In this document: positions 40,695-53,431 of the stretch, piece after piece
Layout of the letters: each line of letters opens with the position of its first letter
Numbering within the stretch: the stretch's first letter is position 1
Source: Takakia lepidozioides
Lineage: Eukaryota; Plantae; Bryophyta
Reading direction: 5' to 3'
Length of the DNA stretch: 64,000 nucleotides
NCBI GenBank assembly: GCA_030704615.1
Contig: CM060732.1
Span: forward strand, 33,666,001-33,730,000
Notes under the pieces: model-generated
Databases searched by the model: none
Told to the model about the DNA's origin: nothing
Seen by the model: the letters and a program-made list of their open reading frames with translations, nothing else
Program-made: the position numbers and the translations under genes

Positions 40695-43600
40695 ATGGAT
40701 TCCAGATTTGCATTGCTTTTTCTTCTGGTTCTGTTGCCATGGGTAAAGGCGTCAGAGACCGAGGCTGCAAGCGAAGAAGTGACTGCGGCAGGTGTGGAAA
40801 GCTCGGTTCTAGTTCTGGATGCGTCGAACTTCACCCAGGCTCTCGAATCCCACCCGTTCATCGTGGTCGAGTTCTACGCTCCCTGGTAAGTCTGAGCTCC
40901 ACTTTTCAAGCAACTTGTTTTGAGATTTGAATTTCTACACTATGTGGGCTGATTTGGCTGAACTGGGGGCTTCATGTTCTCGTCAGCGTGAAGGCTGTCC
41001 GGTTATTATCTTCATTTTCTGAGGTGAGAAAAAGAGAGAACATAATATACGCAACCTAGAAGAGCGATGTCAGGCTTTTTAAGATTCAAAGGGACACGTT
41101 TACAATAGTGACGCAAACAGAGTAGATCGTCTTGGCGGTATTCTCGAGATATGTATGGAGAAGCTAGTGGTTTGTCGGGGCGAAATGAGCTCGAGCCTCT
41201 CCAGACTGTCATGAGCAGCCGACCTCGCAGATCAAAGCCCCTCTTTGCATTTGGATGCTGAACCCCCTCCGAGAGTGCATGAATTGACTAACACGACACT
41301 CGAAGTCCCAAAGTCCGATCCTTGTTAGCTGCCGGTTCATTGAAATCCTCTAACGCTGCAATCCTGTATCTGTTGACTTTACACATCTGGAACCATGCAA
41401 TCTTGTCTGCAAGAATTCAAATGTTCAGTAAGAATTGCTCAAGCCATCTTGCATGTGTTTATACTCACAGGTGTGGAAACTGTAAGCGATTGGCTCCCGA
41501 GGTTGTCTCTCAATCCATGACCTACTCAATGCTCTATTCTGAACTGCATGGATCTTTTTCTAGTAAAGCAGTTGCTCTAAAGCGAAGTCAGCATTTTGGA
41601 GAGAGTATGTCTCTTGGTTTTTCTTGTATTGTGTTTGTGTCTTCCACTCAGTGAACTCTGTTTTTCCCAGAAGGAGGGAAGGGGTTTCTTAGGAGTGTCA
41701 CTACTCCAGCTCTACTTGTTCATATGAATAGCTTATCTGGAGCCATGTTAAGAAGCTTTCAGGACTCAGCTGGGAGACAAATAAATAGCACATGGGACGG
41801 TATTATAGGGGTTTTTAGTTGTCTTTGCATGGGTTTTGGGGGCCTAGGGTTTGGCAGGGTCAGATGGCTTGAGTTTAGTAGGAGCATGTGTGATTTAAAA
41901 GGAAGTAATTTTATTTTCCCCTTTTAAACCCTGACTAGCTCATTTGCATTTCTCTCATCCATATTACAGTATGAGCAAGCAGCTGTGGAGCTCAAGAACC
42001 ATGTTCCTCCCATCATATTGGCTAAGGTGGATGCCAATGAGGAAACAAACAAACCACTGGCAGCCAAGTATGATGTAAACAGCTTCCCATCCCTAAAGAT
42101 TTTCAAGAATGGGGGTGACGGGGTGATTGAGTATGAAGGCCCACGTGAGGCTGCAGGTATTGTGACTTACTTGAAGAGTTTGGCCGGCCCCGCCTCTCTG
42201 CTCCTCACATCTAGTGAGCAAGCGAACACATTTATCGTACAAAACGATTTTACAGTGGTATGACATCTTTCCCTTTGCAAATGCCACCACTTTCTTTTCC
42301 AGAGACCTGTTTGCCCATTCCCCCTCTGGTTTGTCTGTCCATCTCTCTCAAGTCTTTTTCCCTTGAATCGCGTCCATGTGAGCCTGTAGATCAACCACTA
42401 ATGGTCTATACCTGGGTGTGAGCGCTCATGGGCCGAACTTATATGCTACAAATGCTGCCAGGAGGATAACAACCCTGCAGGTTGTACCTTCCTTATCCTT
42501 GTCGAAGCTTAGTTCCTCGAGGCACCTTTTTGGCGAATTTTAATGATATCATCTCTGATAGCTTTAGTTTTTTGGTGGACAAAAGTGCATCTTGGGGAGT
42601 CACCAAATGCAAATGGATGATCTGGCCACCCTCTGGATCCTGGCAATTGATTTTCTACCTCTCTTTGGTTAGGTTGTTGGCCCTATGCCTAGGTGAGACG
42701 TAAAGTAGGATCCCAGGATTGTGTGCATTTGCGATACTCCTTGGGTGTGAACCAGGTCGTATGATGGGGTTGATGGCAGGTGGGCGTGTTTGAGAGCCTG
42801 GATAGCACAGAGTTTGCCAACTTTCTCAGTGTTGCAGAGGAGCTCCGGTCTGACTACCAGTTCACTCACACGTTAGAGACCTCATATATGCCTGAGAACA
42901 GTGCCCCTATTTCTGCTCCAGCTGTCCGCCTGTACAAGCCCTTTGACGAGAAGTTCAATGATGCCACTGTGAGTTATTGCAGCATAACTGAGAAATTTGG
43001 TCATGTACAGGACCTTAGCAGACTTGACTAGACTGCTTGACATGCTCTACAATCTCCCATCTTGTTTCTGTGTTTATGATGGGTTAATGGTAAATAAGGT
43101 GACATGTACTTCTGCTGTCTATTCCTGCATCGATTTGGGCACTGCAGGACTTTTCAGTGGAGGTATTGAAGGCTTTTTTGGAGGAGAAGAGCTCACCACT
43201 CGTGACTGAGTTGACCAAAGATCCCAGTCCCGTCAAGTTTATTGTCAAAGTCTTCAAAAGTAAAACCACGAAGGTATGTTGAGCACATATATGCTGTAAA
43301 TAATTTGGTTCCTGACATCTCTGTTATGTTTTTCTAAACTAGAATCTTGTGTTGAGATAGACGCAGGGCTGGAATTAATATCATGCTTTCTGGTGTGATT
43401 ACAATGCCAGCCCTTGAATGAATGTTCCAACTTACGGGACTGGATTGTCATTACAACGTCGAGCGGAGTTTCAGACACATTTAGGTTAAACTCTGCACTT
43501 CCAGCTCTGGATTGTGATGAGGCCCTCAAGGTCATGTCATAGCCAGCATTTGTAAGCCAGGTCAATCCATGTGTACGTCATTAAATGGTCTCTGGTTTGT

Positions 43601-46598
43601 TGCTTGGAAGCAGGTGTTTTTCTTTCTCGACCTCGAAGCAGAGGGAGCAGATGCATACAGGAACGCATATACTGAGCTGGCCAAGTCGGTCCAAGATAAA
43701 GGCATCAAGTTCATGATTGTCGATGGTGTAGAGCATAAGAATGCACTGAAGGTGGTCCTCAACCTCAGTCCATTTTATGCCATATTGGTAGGGTAAGAGT
43801 CTGTAATTCACTTGGTATTGTGGTCAGGTGATGAAATTTACACACTTACGATGCCTTTTTTTCCCCTCAGTCGTATACCAGTCTGGTATCTTTATCAAAA
43901 GCTGTAGTGATCTACAATACCTGTTGACTTCTTAACCCCCTAAAGGACGAGTCGCCTGAATCCGGTCAATTGAAATTTTCGAATGGATGAAAATCGTCAG
44001 GATGAACTCGGATGAAATCAAGCCCTAATGAAAAATGTAGGAAATTTAATTCTGCGCGCGCCTGTGTTGATGGCACCCGAAAAATCCTAAAGGACAGCCG
44101 TTAGAATGAAGAAATTCTTTTTGGAGGTAGTAGGAATTCATTCAAAGAACAATTCCACTGTTGCAATTGTGGTTCCAATGCCAATTTGGACCCCTATGGC
44201 TGAATTACAGGTCAATTGAGCTAAATGGTGTTTTTTGACCCCCCTGTTTTCCCATACAAAGCAACCCTATGCAGATTTTGGAGTTCTGCTTTGCAAATTT
44301 GGGGCAACATGCTTTAGGTGCCTCAGAATTGGAATGTGGGTAGGGTCTTGCAAGGAAAAAAAATTTGGTGCCAAAATTGCCTGGTCAAACCATTTTTTCC
44401 CTCTAAAATTGGAGTATACTACAGATTTTGAGCTTAACATTTTGTTATTATCTTCCTAATGACACGGTGAAATGGGCTGCAATTTTTACAGCAGGTGCAT
44501 GAGGTAGGTAGCGTTCCTTTCATACGGTTCATCCCTGTGGATGTTTGTTAGCTGGGAGATATACCCTCATCCGTGAGGGTATGTGCTGTTTTGGAGTGGG
44601 CCCACCAAAAACAGCCTCGTCCTCTAGGGGTTAATATAAATGAATGTGCTCCTTACATCGAACCAGATTTTGTAATTTGCATGCATAGAACCAAAGGTAC
44701 TGACCTTCCTTGTACATGTATGAAAAGAGCGTTTCTACAGTATATCTAACTCAATTGGTGTTAACTTTTCTTGGCTTACTTGCAGTTTTATGGTATCAAT
44801 GCCGATGGGTTGCCAGCAATTCTATTGCAAATAGATGACCATGAGAAGTTTTTGGGCCTGAATGTAGAAGCTGCACAGCTGGCACCTTGGCTTCAGGATG
44901 TTTTGGTGAGCCCTCTCTCCCTCACACTCATAGGCATACCCCACACTATCCACTCACAACTTTGTGTCAATTATAACCCCATTACAGGGGCTGGAAGGGT
45001 TAACCCTATATGGGCTAACTAGTCGTGACAATAGCCAACATTAATGCAGATTTAAACCAATGCATCCTAGTGAGTCATTCCATAATTGTATAAGGATAGA
45101 AACTAGCAACCTTGAGTCTGTCTTTTTTCATGAGTACAACGCTCTCTCTCTCTTTATTCTTATCTTCTTGTTCGCAGTCAGCAGTGAGAAATGTAAACTG
45201 TCTTTAGTGCTCATCTCTAGTAACTCAGTAAGATTAGCTTTTTTCCAGGAAGGAAGTAACATTCCTTCAAATGCAGGATGGAAAGTTGGAGCGACATGTA
45301 AAGTCTGAGGAGATCCCTGCAACCAATGACGAACCAGTGAAGGTGGTGGTGAGAAAATCTCTTCAGGAGATGGTGTTGGATTCTGGGAAGACCGGTATGT
45401 TTGCTACTAATACTTTGCAAGCATTCTTCATCACATAGATCTACTGTTCCTTGCGATGTCAGATGTCTCCCCATAGTGGGCAATAGTCCTGGCACTGTCT
45501 TTCTCCAGTTGATCTCCAGGTGTTGCAGACTTCACCCCTCTGTTATTCCTAGTTTTCGTGTAACTTGACAGGATCTCCCCAGTGCCTGGTACCATGGATA
45601 TTTCTCTACTCGTTCCTTACTGTATGGTTCTGTAAGAATTAAGACACCTAGCTGGTCAGTAGGGAAGCACCGCAGTCATTTTGTCTGGCTTGCGACCTCA
45701 AAACCAACTCGTTGCGCTAATGTACACGATTGATGTTTGAAAAGGTTCTGTTACTATTGTTATGTGATGGAAATGCAGTGCTGCTAGAGTTCTATGCTCC
45801 AGAGTCTGGGCACTGCAAGAAGTTAGCACCCACTTTGGATGAGGTTGCGACTACCTTCGAGGCAAACCTGGATGTCCTCATTGCCAAAATTGTATGTGAT
45901 TCTATCTCCCCACATCTACCATTGCGTTGGCCTTTATAGCTATTTACACAGAAACAATGACAAAGGGATGATCCAACTGAATGAATGTTCCGTGAAATAC
46001 AAAGTGCAACATGAATACTGTCCTCTTTTCTCCTCTTTTTCTGTAGTCCAGTTTTCCAGGAGTGGGGAGATCAGACTTTCCTAAGGAGTCCCTGCAGCAA
46101 AACTGGTTGAAAAGGCAAAAAGCCCAAAAAGATACCAAATACTGAAGAATAAATTCACAGCGGAAAGCCTACCTTTGAAAAAAAACAGATGCAGAGAGGA
46201 AGAGGAGATTGTACTTGCCTGATGTTCAGACAACCTCAAGACAATGCCCATTTTCTGATACCTTGCTCAGGATATTCTCTCCAGATAGTGACCCTCTTCA
46301 GGGTCATTAAGAGCATCGTCCCTACACCTCTGTTCACCAACTTTCGAAGCCTTGAGGCTGAGCCTAAAGCCCTGACCCTGTTGGGGTCTAACTTTTGGGC
46401 TGCTTACACACAGCAGATTGATGCTTGTGTGAAGGGCTTTCTAGAAGATATCTGAAAAGCCCGAACTAATTGTTTATACCAAAGTAAGTCTCACTACCAT
46501 AGTGAGCCCCTCACAAAGGTAGTTTCTGGTCCCTTTTGTTCACCCACACTGGGCGTGGGGTCTATGGCCACAAGGTTAACGACAAACAAAATCTTATG

Positions 46599-46673
<75 letters not shown>

Positions 46674-47000
46674 GCCCGAACTGGGTGCGGGGCGCCACAA
46701 GGCTATGCCAAACAACTCATGAGTACAATCTCTTTCTGTCTCCGTCACTCTCTCCCAACCCATACTAACGTTTGTGTATGGTTTTGTACTTATGTATAGG
46801 ACGTGACAGCCAATGATCTTCCGGAAGGTTTGTTTAAAGTGGTAGGGTTCCCTACCCTATATGTGTATACATCATCTGGCATCTCGGTGCCATATGATGG
46901 CGACCGCAGCAAAGAGGATCTTATTGAGTTTGTGAACAAGCACAGAGACACCTCCATCACTACTGGGGTGGCCTCTGATACAGCCAAAGACGAGCTTTAA
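40695..47000 (+). CDS. PDIL1: Protein disulfide isomerase (PDIL1-type, a-b-b'-a', ER), 10 exons
   Basis: Exons: 40695-40885, 41471-41501, 41970-42257, 42780-42968, 43148-43273, 43614-43751, 44786-44905, 45277-45394, 45779-45891, 46800-47000. It has a signal peptide, [25 protein letters not shown] and C-terminal KDEL. Confidence 0.93.
43936..44630. mobile_element. Non-autonomous piggyBac-like DNA transposon (695 bp) in PDI intron 6
   Basis: TTAA is present at both ends (43932-35 and 44631-34). The TIRs are CCCCCTAAAGGACGAG and CTCGTCCTCTAGGGG. Confidence 0.75.
46150..46728 (+). mobile_element. Second long copy of the non-LTR 3' fragment plus an extra tail in PDI intron 9
   Basis: It is colinear with 28115-28566 ([19 protein letters not shown]...LEAEPKA). 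It ends TATGAGTACA, then (CA)n(CT)n, then another tail at ~46672-46728. Confidence 0.8.
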
Positions 47001-47452
47001 ATGTAATGTTATTCTTGAGTAAATTTCTGCAAATGTGGATGGAATTGAATCTCCATTGGTTGTAGTCAGCTGCCAAGCAATGCACAATTTGGAAGCTTCG
47101 GAGAGGTTTCCATGAGTTGAGCTCCTTTTAAACTGTCTTTTTGTGGATGATTGTAACTTCTGGTGCTGGAAGCCTACTGAGCAAATGCTGGATACAAAGA
47201 AAAGTATCTTGATTCAAACTGTCGTGCACATACGTATCGCTACACAATTACATCGCTGTCCAAACTACACGACATATATATGGACAATGAAGTAGTCTGC
47301 CACAATGATATATAAACTAAACTCACACTATTGACACAAGGACATGAAATACAACACCATCACTCGTTAAACTAAGAGTCGAGCCAGGGGCACCCCAAGC
47401 TATGGGGACTCCACCCCACAACATCCTATTCTCCCTTCATAAGCACACTCAG

Positions 47453-47630
47453 ATTGATCATGAACAAATTGAGTGCACTGACGCACTCAGTTCTCCACCG
47501 GGGGAGGGAGGGAAATTTTAAAAAACAAGAAAAAAAAAATTAAAAAAAAATTAAAAAAAAATTGTTTTTCACCCCTCCCCCCGCGGAGAACTGAGTGCGT
47601 CAATGCACTCAATTTCATGATGATCATTGA
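47453..47630. repeat. Inverted repeat with ~60-bp arms around an A-rich spacer
   Basis: aaattgagtgcactgacgcactcagttctcc matches the reverse complement of ggagaactgagtgcgtcaatgcactcaattt. A third diverged copy lies at ~48040-48080. Confidence 0.75.
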
Positions 47631-48319
47631 TGGAATCTACCCAAATGCCCAAGAAAAAAAAAAAAAAAAAAAAACTTTTTTTCTTAAATGTTGTTAATTT
47701 TCTTTTTGAATTCTCATGTGCCACGTCCGCTTAATTCCCAGCCCTGTTTCCCTCCTGTTTCCCTCCAATAGTAGATCTCTCTAGAAAGTCAACTAGTGAA
47801 AATAGCTATACGCCCGCGAGTAGTGGGTTTAATAAGTTCTGGACCTAGCTGGCGGGTCCGGATCCGGTTCTGGGTTCATTTTACAAATGAGCCCAGGTCA
47901 GGGTCTGAGTTTTTGATGATGGCACGGGTCCGGATCCGGATCCGGACCCTAACCCGCCGGGTACCCGGGATCAAAATCCGGACCCGCACAACACTGTCGT
48001 CGATGTCATCGATGATCATCATGAAATCATGATCATGAAGAAATTGAGTGCGTTGAAGTACTCCGTTCTCCGCGGGGCGGCGGTAGCAGCGGGGCCGGCG
48101 ACATCGACGACAGTGGCCGGGAAAATAAAAATAAATAAATAAATCCCTTTTAATTTTCTTTTTTTGAATTCTCATGTGTCTGACGTTATATGAAAATTTT
48201 CTTGGTATGGTACAACAATTATGAGAAGAAAATGTCACTGCCTTGGTGGTATGATAAGAGGTTTGTACACAAACCCACTTGTCGTGGAGTAACGTTTTAT
48301 ATCACCGAGGCAATGACCT

Positions 48320-49254
48320 TTTCTTCTTACAATTATTGTACTACAAAATTAATGTGCTAAGGCGGGATTCCCGTTGCTCCGCACTCCTAGTGATGACTTC
48401 AACGGAAAATGTGATGGATTCAAAGTTGAACATGGTGGTCCTTGGGGGTTAAAGTGGCCTCATAAGATACGCTTGGATTGCAAGATCAGTAGATTCTTAT
48501 TCTTACAAACATCTATCTATTATATTAGAAAGTTCGTGGATGTGTATTTATAATCTATTAATAGATCTCTATTTGGGAGTGTACAAAGAATAGAGAAGAA
48601 GCATAAACTTTGGAAATGAGTATTCATCATCACCTGTTAGCATTAAATCATACACATATACAACAATATCGTAACGTATAAATTAAAATGTGCTCAACAC
48701 AAAACCAAAATCATTTTTATAAGTATTCTAATAATTTTACATTGAATATGCCTTCAGGAGCATCCAAAATAATTCTTCATGTCAAATCAGACATAGTAAT
48801 TTATTTTGTTTTCCCTTTAATAAACACTTAAACATGCTCTATGAACTATCTTATTTGATCAGTATATGGGTCCTATATGGGTAAATAATGCGGTAGTAGT
48901 AGAGTCTCTGAGATACTAACCCTTTAAGAGAACTAGTTTTGGGTGCCAGCCCACTCTGATAAATCAGACCCGGTCCAGTTTTTCATGCTTGGGCCTTCAA
49001 ACGGTCACATGAAGAATACAATCTAATTAGTGGGTGGAACTGGGTGTGTATTAATGGGCGGGCATCTACATCTATTCCGTCCTCCTCGTCGCTGGACCAT
49101 GGTGATATGGTACGAGGTTTGAATTCCCAAACCCACATGTCATGGAATAGTCAGCGAAATTTACTCTTTCACAATTATTGTACTACAAAATAGACTATGG
49201 CTTCACGTGGCTCTGCACTTCTAGTCACGACTTCAGCGAACAATATCCAAGAAT
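48320..49254. repeat. Old AT-rich tandem duplication; second unit continues at 58401-58590
   Basis: 48320-48420 resembles 49160-49254, 48421-48445 resembles 58401-58425, and 48898-49078 resembles 58430-58590. Confidence 0.7.
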
Positions 49255-52033
49255 ATGTGCAGCGTCCCATCCTTCTTGTCTGCGAATAGCACCGGGGCTC
49301 CGTAAGGTGACTTACTCGGCCGGATGTACCCCTTTGACATTAGATCCTTGAGCTGAGCCTTCAGCTCGACCAACTCCCTGTGGCTCAACTGGTAGGGTGT
49401 CTTGGCAGGCGGTTCCGTTCCCGGTATCACCTCAATCTTGTGGTCAACTCCTCTTCGCGGTGGCAAGCCGCTTGGTAAATCCTCCGGCATCACATCCTGG
49501 TATTTCTCCAAAATCCCCTTGATCCAATCTGGGCTCGGCTCCCCATCGCCTTCTCCCTTCACTTCTCTAATGTAAAGCAAAAATTGGGGTTCGTGTGCCT
49601 CCTCCACGACCCACTCCCTTGCTGACAGAAGGTTTATTCGCCCTCCCACGGATTTGGGCGTTTCCGAAACTCGTAAGACCTCGCCACCATTCCCACATGG
49701 CAGCGTGACTACTCTCTTGCGGCCATCTATGACCGCTCCGGATTTGCTCAAAAATGTCATCCCCAAAATGAGATCTACTCCATCGATCTCGCAGATGGTG
49801 AAGTTCTCACGTCCCTCCCAACTCCCCAGTTGAAGAGGAACATCAAACGCCAACCTTGTCGCCAACTGTGGTTCTCCTTTGGCAGAACGCACCTCAATAG
49901 AGGCCCCCACGTCACTTGTCGGGAGTCCCAGCTTTTGTGCCGTTGCCAGTGTCATGAAGGAGTGCGACGCTCCTGTGTCCACCAACAACAACACATTAGT
50001 TCCGGATATTATCCCATCCACGAACAATAACTGACTCCCTTTTCGTAAGGCGCCAGTTTCCTGATACAACTCACAAGAAAATTTGCCTACCTTGCAAGTC
50101 CTGGCGACCACCGCTTCCACCAAGCGACTGATGGTATCTTCCGACAGCTCCGTGGTCGCCCGAGTCATGTTCAATTGTCGGGGCTTCGTGCACTTCTTGG
50201 CCATGTGCCCGGGCTCCCCGCAATTGAAACACACTCCATCAAAGGTCGCCTTCTGTCCGCCATAAGCCGCTCCACCCGCTTTTCCTTTCGAAGCACCGGG
50301 TGCCGCCTTGACGTGTGAAGGCCCTCCCTTCGATTTCCACGTGCCATTGTTGTCGCGTGGCCTATCCCACTTCTTTTCCGGTCGGAAGGACTCACCTTCC
50401 CGCTGGGTCTTCTTGTGGTTCAGCTCTGTACGGCCTTGTCTCTCACCCCTAGGGACATCCGAGAAACATTCAGCCCTCTCAATTGCCTCGTTCAAAGTCT
50501 TGGGTGGCTTCTCCTCCAACTTCCGCCTGGCCCATGGGGCCAGTCCCGCCACAAAGTTGAAGACCATTTCTGGTTTTGCCATGTCCACGACTTCGAGCAA
50601 CAGCACATTGAAAGCCTGGACATACCCCCGAATGTCATTTGTTTGCTTCAAATTCCTCATCTTGTCCCGGGCAAGCCAGGACGCGTTGAGGGGCACAAAC
50701 TGTCTCTTCATCAATTCCTTGAACCCACTCTAGTTCAAGGTTTCCGGGCTTGGATCTCAGTCGTGAAGGCGTTTCTGCCACCATTGTTGAGCATAGCCCC
50801 TCAAATAGGTGGGAGCCACTTCCACCCGATCCTCGTCACTCAACTTGGCCGCCCGGAAGTACTGCTCTAGCTCCAGGAGCCAGGTGTTGAGTGCCTTCCG
50901 ATTTCGGACGCCCTCGAAGGTGCCGGATTCCTTAGGCTTCACCTTAAACTTTGCCTTAGTGGAAGTGGCATTAGCTGCCTTCAACACGTCTCTCAACGTC
51001 CCGCCAAACTGCGCCAACAACCCTTCCCAAAAGGCTGCCGGCATGGGAGGCATCTCTTGGTTTGTCGGAACTCTCAAGGATTCCTCGGGCTCCGACTCCT
51101 CGGATTCCTCCCGCTCTTGAGCGGCCTCGTTTTCGGAAACATGCATCGCTTCCTCAAACGGCCGCCTCGGTGACACGTCGCCCCCATCGGGCTCACCGGG
51201 ATCATCATCTTTTGGGCCGTTCCGCTTTCGCTTCGGCTTGCCCGACCCCATGATGAGGCCAATCCCAAGGACGATCGCGTACTGAACTCTAAGCTCTAAT
51301 ACCAAGTGTCGCGCACCTCACTTCGGTAAGCTCCCCCCTCAAGTCATAGTTACTCGCTTTGATGCGCGCGCCTGACTCCCAACCTGGCCGCCGGGCCAAC
51401 TTGGAGCTTCGGCTGCTCACCGGGGCATAACGGTCCCCCTTTGTTCTCCCAAAGAACCCTCCACCTATTTGGAACCAGCGGGAATTCCCTTTGGTAGTTG
51501 GCAGTCCGGAACAGCTCCCCACTCTTTGGTCGCTTTCCGGCTCGCTCGCTTACTCACTAGTTTTTGGTCACCAACGGGCTTGCACCGTTCTCGGGGTTAC
51601 TACTCCCTATATATACTTCTGTAGCTGTCCGCGGGGGTTTCACAACCAGCCATGCCATTTTATGGCGAACCACCACGAAGACCCTCGATTCCCGGTGGTG
51701 AGTCGCGGTGAGTCTTGGCCCACTCACCGCAGCCCCAATGGACCGTGATGAGTCCCAAGACTCCCCACGACTCCCACCTCAAGGTCTCCACCCCATGGTG
51801 AGTCCTATGCCACCCCCACTAAGTCCCGCTAAGCTACCACCACCCCTTGTGGAGCCACCCCCACCGCAACCCGGTGTGCGGGGCTCCACCTAGTGAGCGC
51901 CTCCGCCTCCTTGAGTGCCTTGGGCACTCAAGGGTGCTTCAGCCCCCATACCTATCGCTGCTACTGCCCCCCACCACAGGGGCAGCCCCTCTTGTGTCCC
52001 GACCCCCTGCCCTCAAGGCAAAGGGCCGCGACA
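49255..52033 (-). mobile_element. Ty3/Gypsy chromovirus (Galadriel-like) 5' half: LTR, PBS, gag, zinc knuckle, protease, RT N-terminus
   Basis: The LTR (51307-52033) has TGTCGCG...CGCGACA termini and the PBS is TGGTATTAGAGC (51304-51293). gag starts at ~51251 and has in-frame stops. Motifs: CFNCGEPGHMAKKC, LVDTGASHSF, and RT GYIRPSKSPYGAPVLFADKKDGTL, which is cut at ~49255. Confidence 0.93.
51307..52033 (-). repeat. Gypsy LTR (727 bp), only copy in the window
   Basis: It has 7-bp terminal inverted repeats and lies 2 nt from the tRNA-Met PBS. Confidence 0.85.
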
Positions 52034-53150
52034 CGAACGGCCTCGGACGGAAATTCGGCGCCGTTTCTCCATCTTGTTCGGTTTTTAGGTCGTCCTGTTT
52101 TGGGCCTCACCACCCGACCGGACTTCCTTTAAGGGGGCCCGGATGGAAATTCGGCGCCGAATTTCAATCCGGGGGATGGTATCTGTCGGACAGGTGCCGG
52201 CCTGTACGCCCGAGGCGACTTCGTCCGGGCGACACCTGTTGGATATTCGGTGCCGAATTTCCGTCCGGGGGTTGAAATGTGACGGACAGGTGCCGGCCTC
52301 TTCCCCCTCCCCGACTGCATCCGAATCGCCCCGCACGGAAATTCGGCGCCGTTTTTCCATCCTGTTCGGTTTTTATATCGTCCAGTTTTGGGCCTCACCA
52401 CCCGACCGGACTTCCTTTGAGGGGGCCCGGATGGAAATTCGGCGGCGAATTTCCATCTAGGGGATGGTCTCTGTCGGACAGGTTCCGGCCTCTACGCCCG
52501 AGGCGACTTCGTCCGGGCGTCACCTGTTGGATATTCGGTGCCGAATTTCCGTCCGGGGGTTGAAATGTGACGGCCAGGTGTCGGCCTCTCCCCCCTCCCC
52601 GACTGCGTCCGAACGGCCCCGGATGGAAATTCGGCGCCGTTTTCCCATCTGGGGAGGTTTTTATGTCGGCCAGTTCTCGGCCTGCCCCCCTGACATGACT
52701 TTGTTTGGTGGGGCTCGGATGGAAATTCGGCGCCGAATCTCCATCCAGGGGATGCTCTCGGTCGAACACGCGCCGGCCTCTACGCCCGAGGCGACTTCAT
52801 CCGGGCTTCCCCTGTTGGATATTCGGTGCCGAATTTCCGTCCGGGGGTTGTAATGTGAGGGCCAGGTGGCGGCCTTTCCCCCGAGCCGACTGCATCCGAA
52901 CGGCCTCGGATGGAAATTCGGCGCCGTTTTTTCATCCGGGGAGGTTTTTATGTCGGCCAGTTTTCGGCCTGACCCCCCGACACGACTTCCTTTGGGGGGA
53001 TCCGAATGGAAATTCGGCGCTGAATTTCCATCCGGGGGTTGTTCTGTGTCGGACAGGTTCCGACCTCTCTGCCCGAGGCGACTTCATTCGTGCGGCCCCT
53101 GCTGGATATTCGGTGCCGAATTTTCATCCGGGGGTAGTAATGTGACGGCA
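52034..53150 (+). repeat. GC-rich tandem array: 12 x ~96-bp monomers (288-bp trimer higher-order repeat) with a palindromic core
   Basis: Variants of the core CCGGATGGAAATTCGGCGCCGAATTTCCATCCGG occur at ~52050, 52146, 52243, 52338, 52434, 52531, 52626, 52722, 52819, 52913, 53009 and 53106. Confidence 0.92.
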
Positions 53151-53431
53151 CGGTGCCGGCTTCTCCCCTTCAGCCGACATCATCCGGACGGCCCCCCACT
53201 TTCTGACTGCATACCGTTGGCAGTTATTGCGCAAAGACCAGGGGCCGCATTCCTGAGACAAGGTTCATTAACACTCTGACTGTGGATTTTTGAGATAGTT
53301 GGCTCCCTAGATTTGGATCAGGCTTCGTCGCTCGGACAAATCGGCACCGCATTCCTTCCCATCGCTGCATCCCTCTTCTACCAGGGAGCTTGCCCGCACG
53401 CCATCCTGGGAGTCTTGTGTGCACATCTCCC

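Noticed and set aside
48511-48530. Helitron-like 5' end A|TCTATCTATTATATTA
   Set aside because: No matching hairpin-CTAG 3' end was found on the same strand.
52034-53150. CRISPR-like look of palindromic repeats with spacers
   Set aside because: The spacers are homologous to one another and recur with period three, there are no cas genes, and the context is eukaryotic TE DNA. It is a higher-order tandem repeat.
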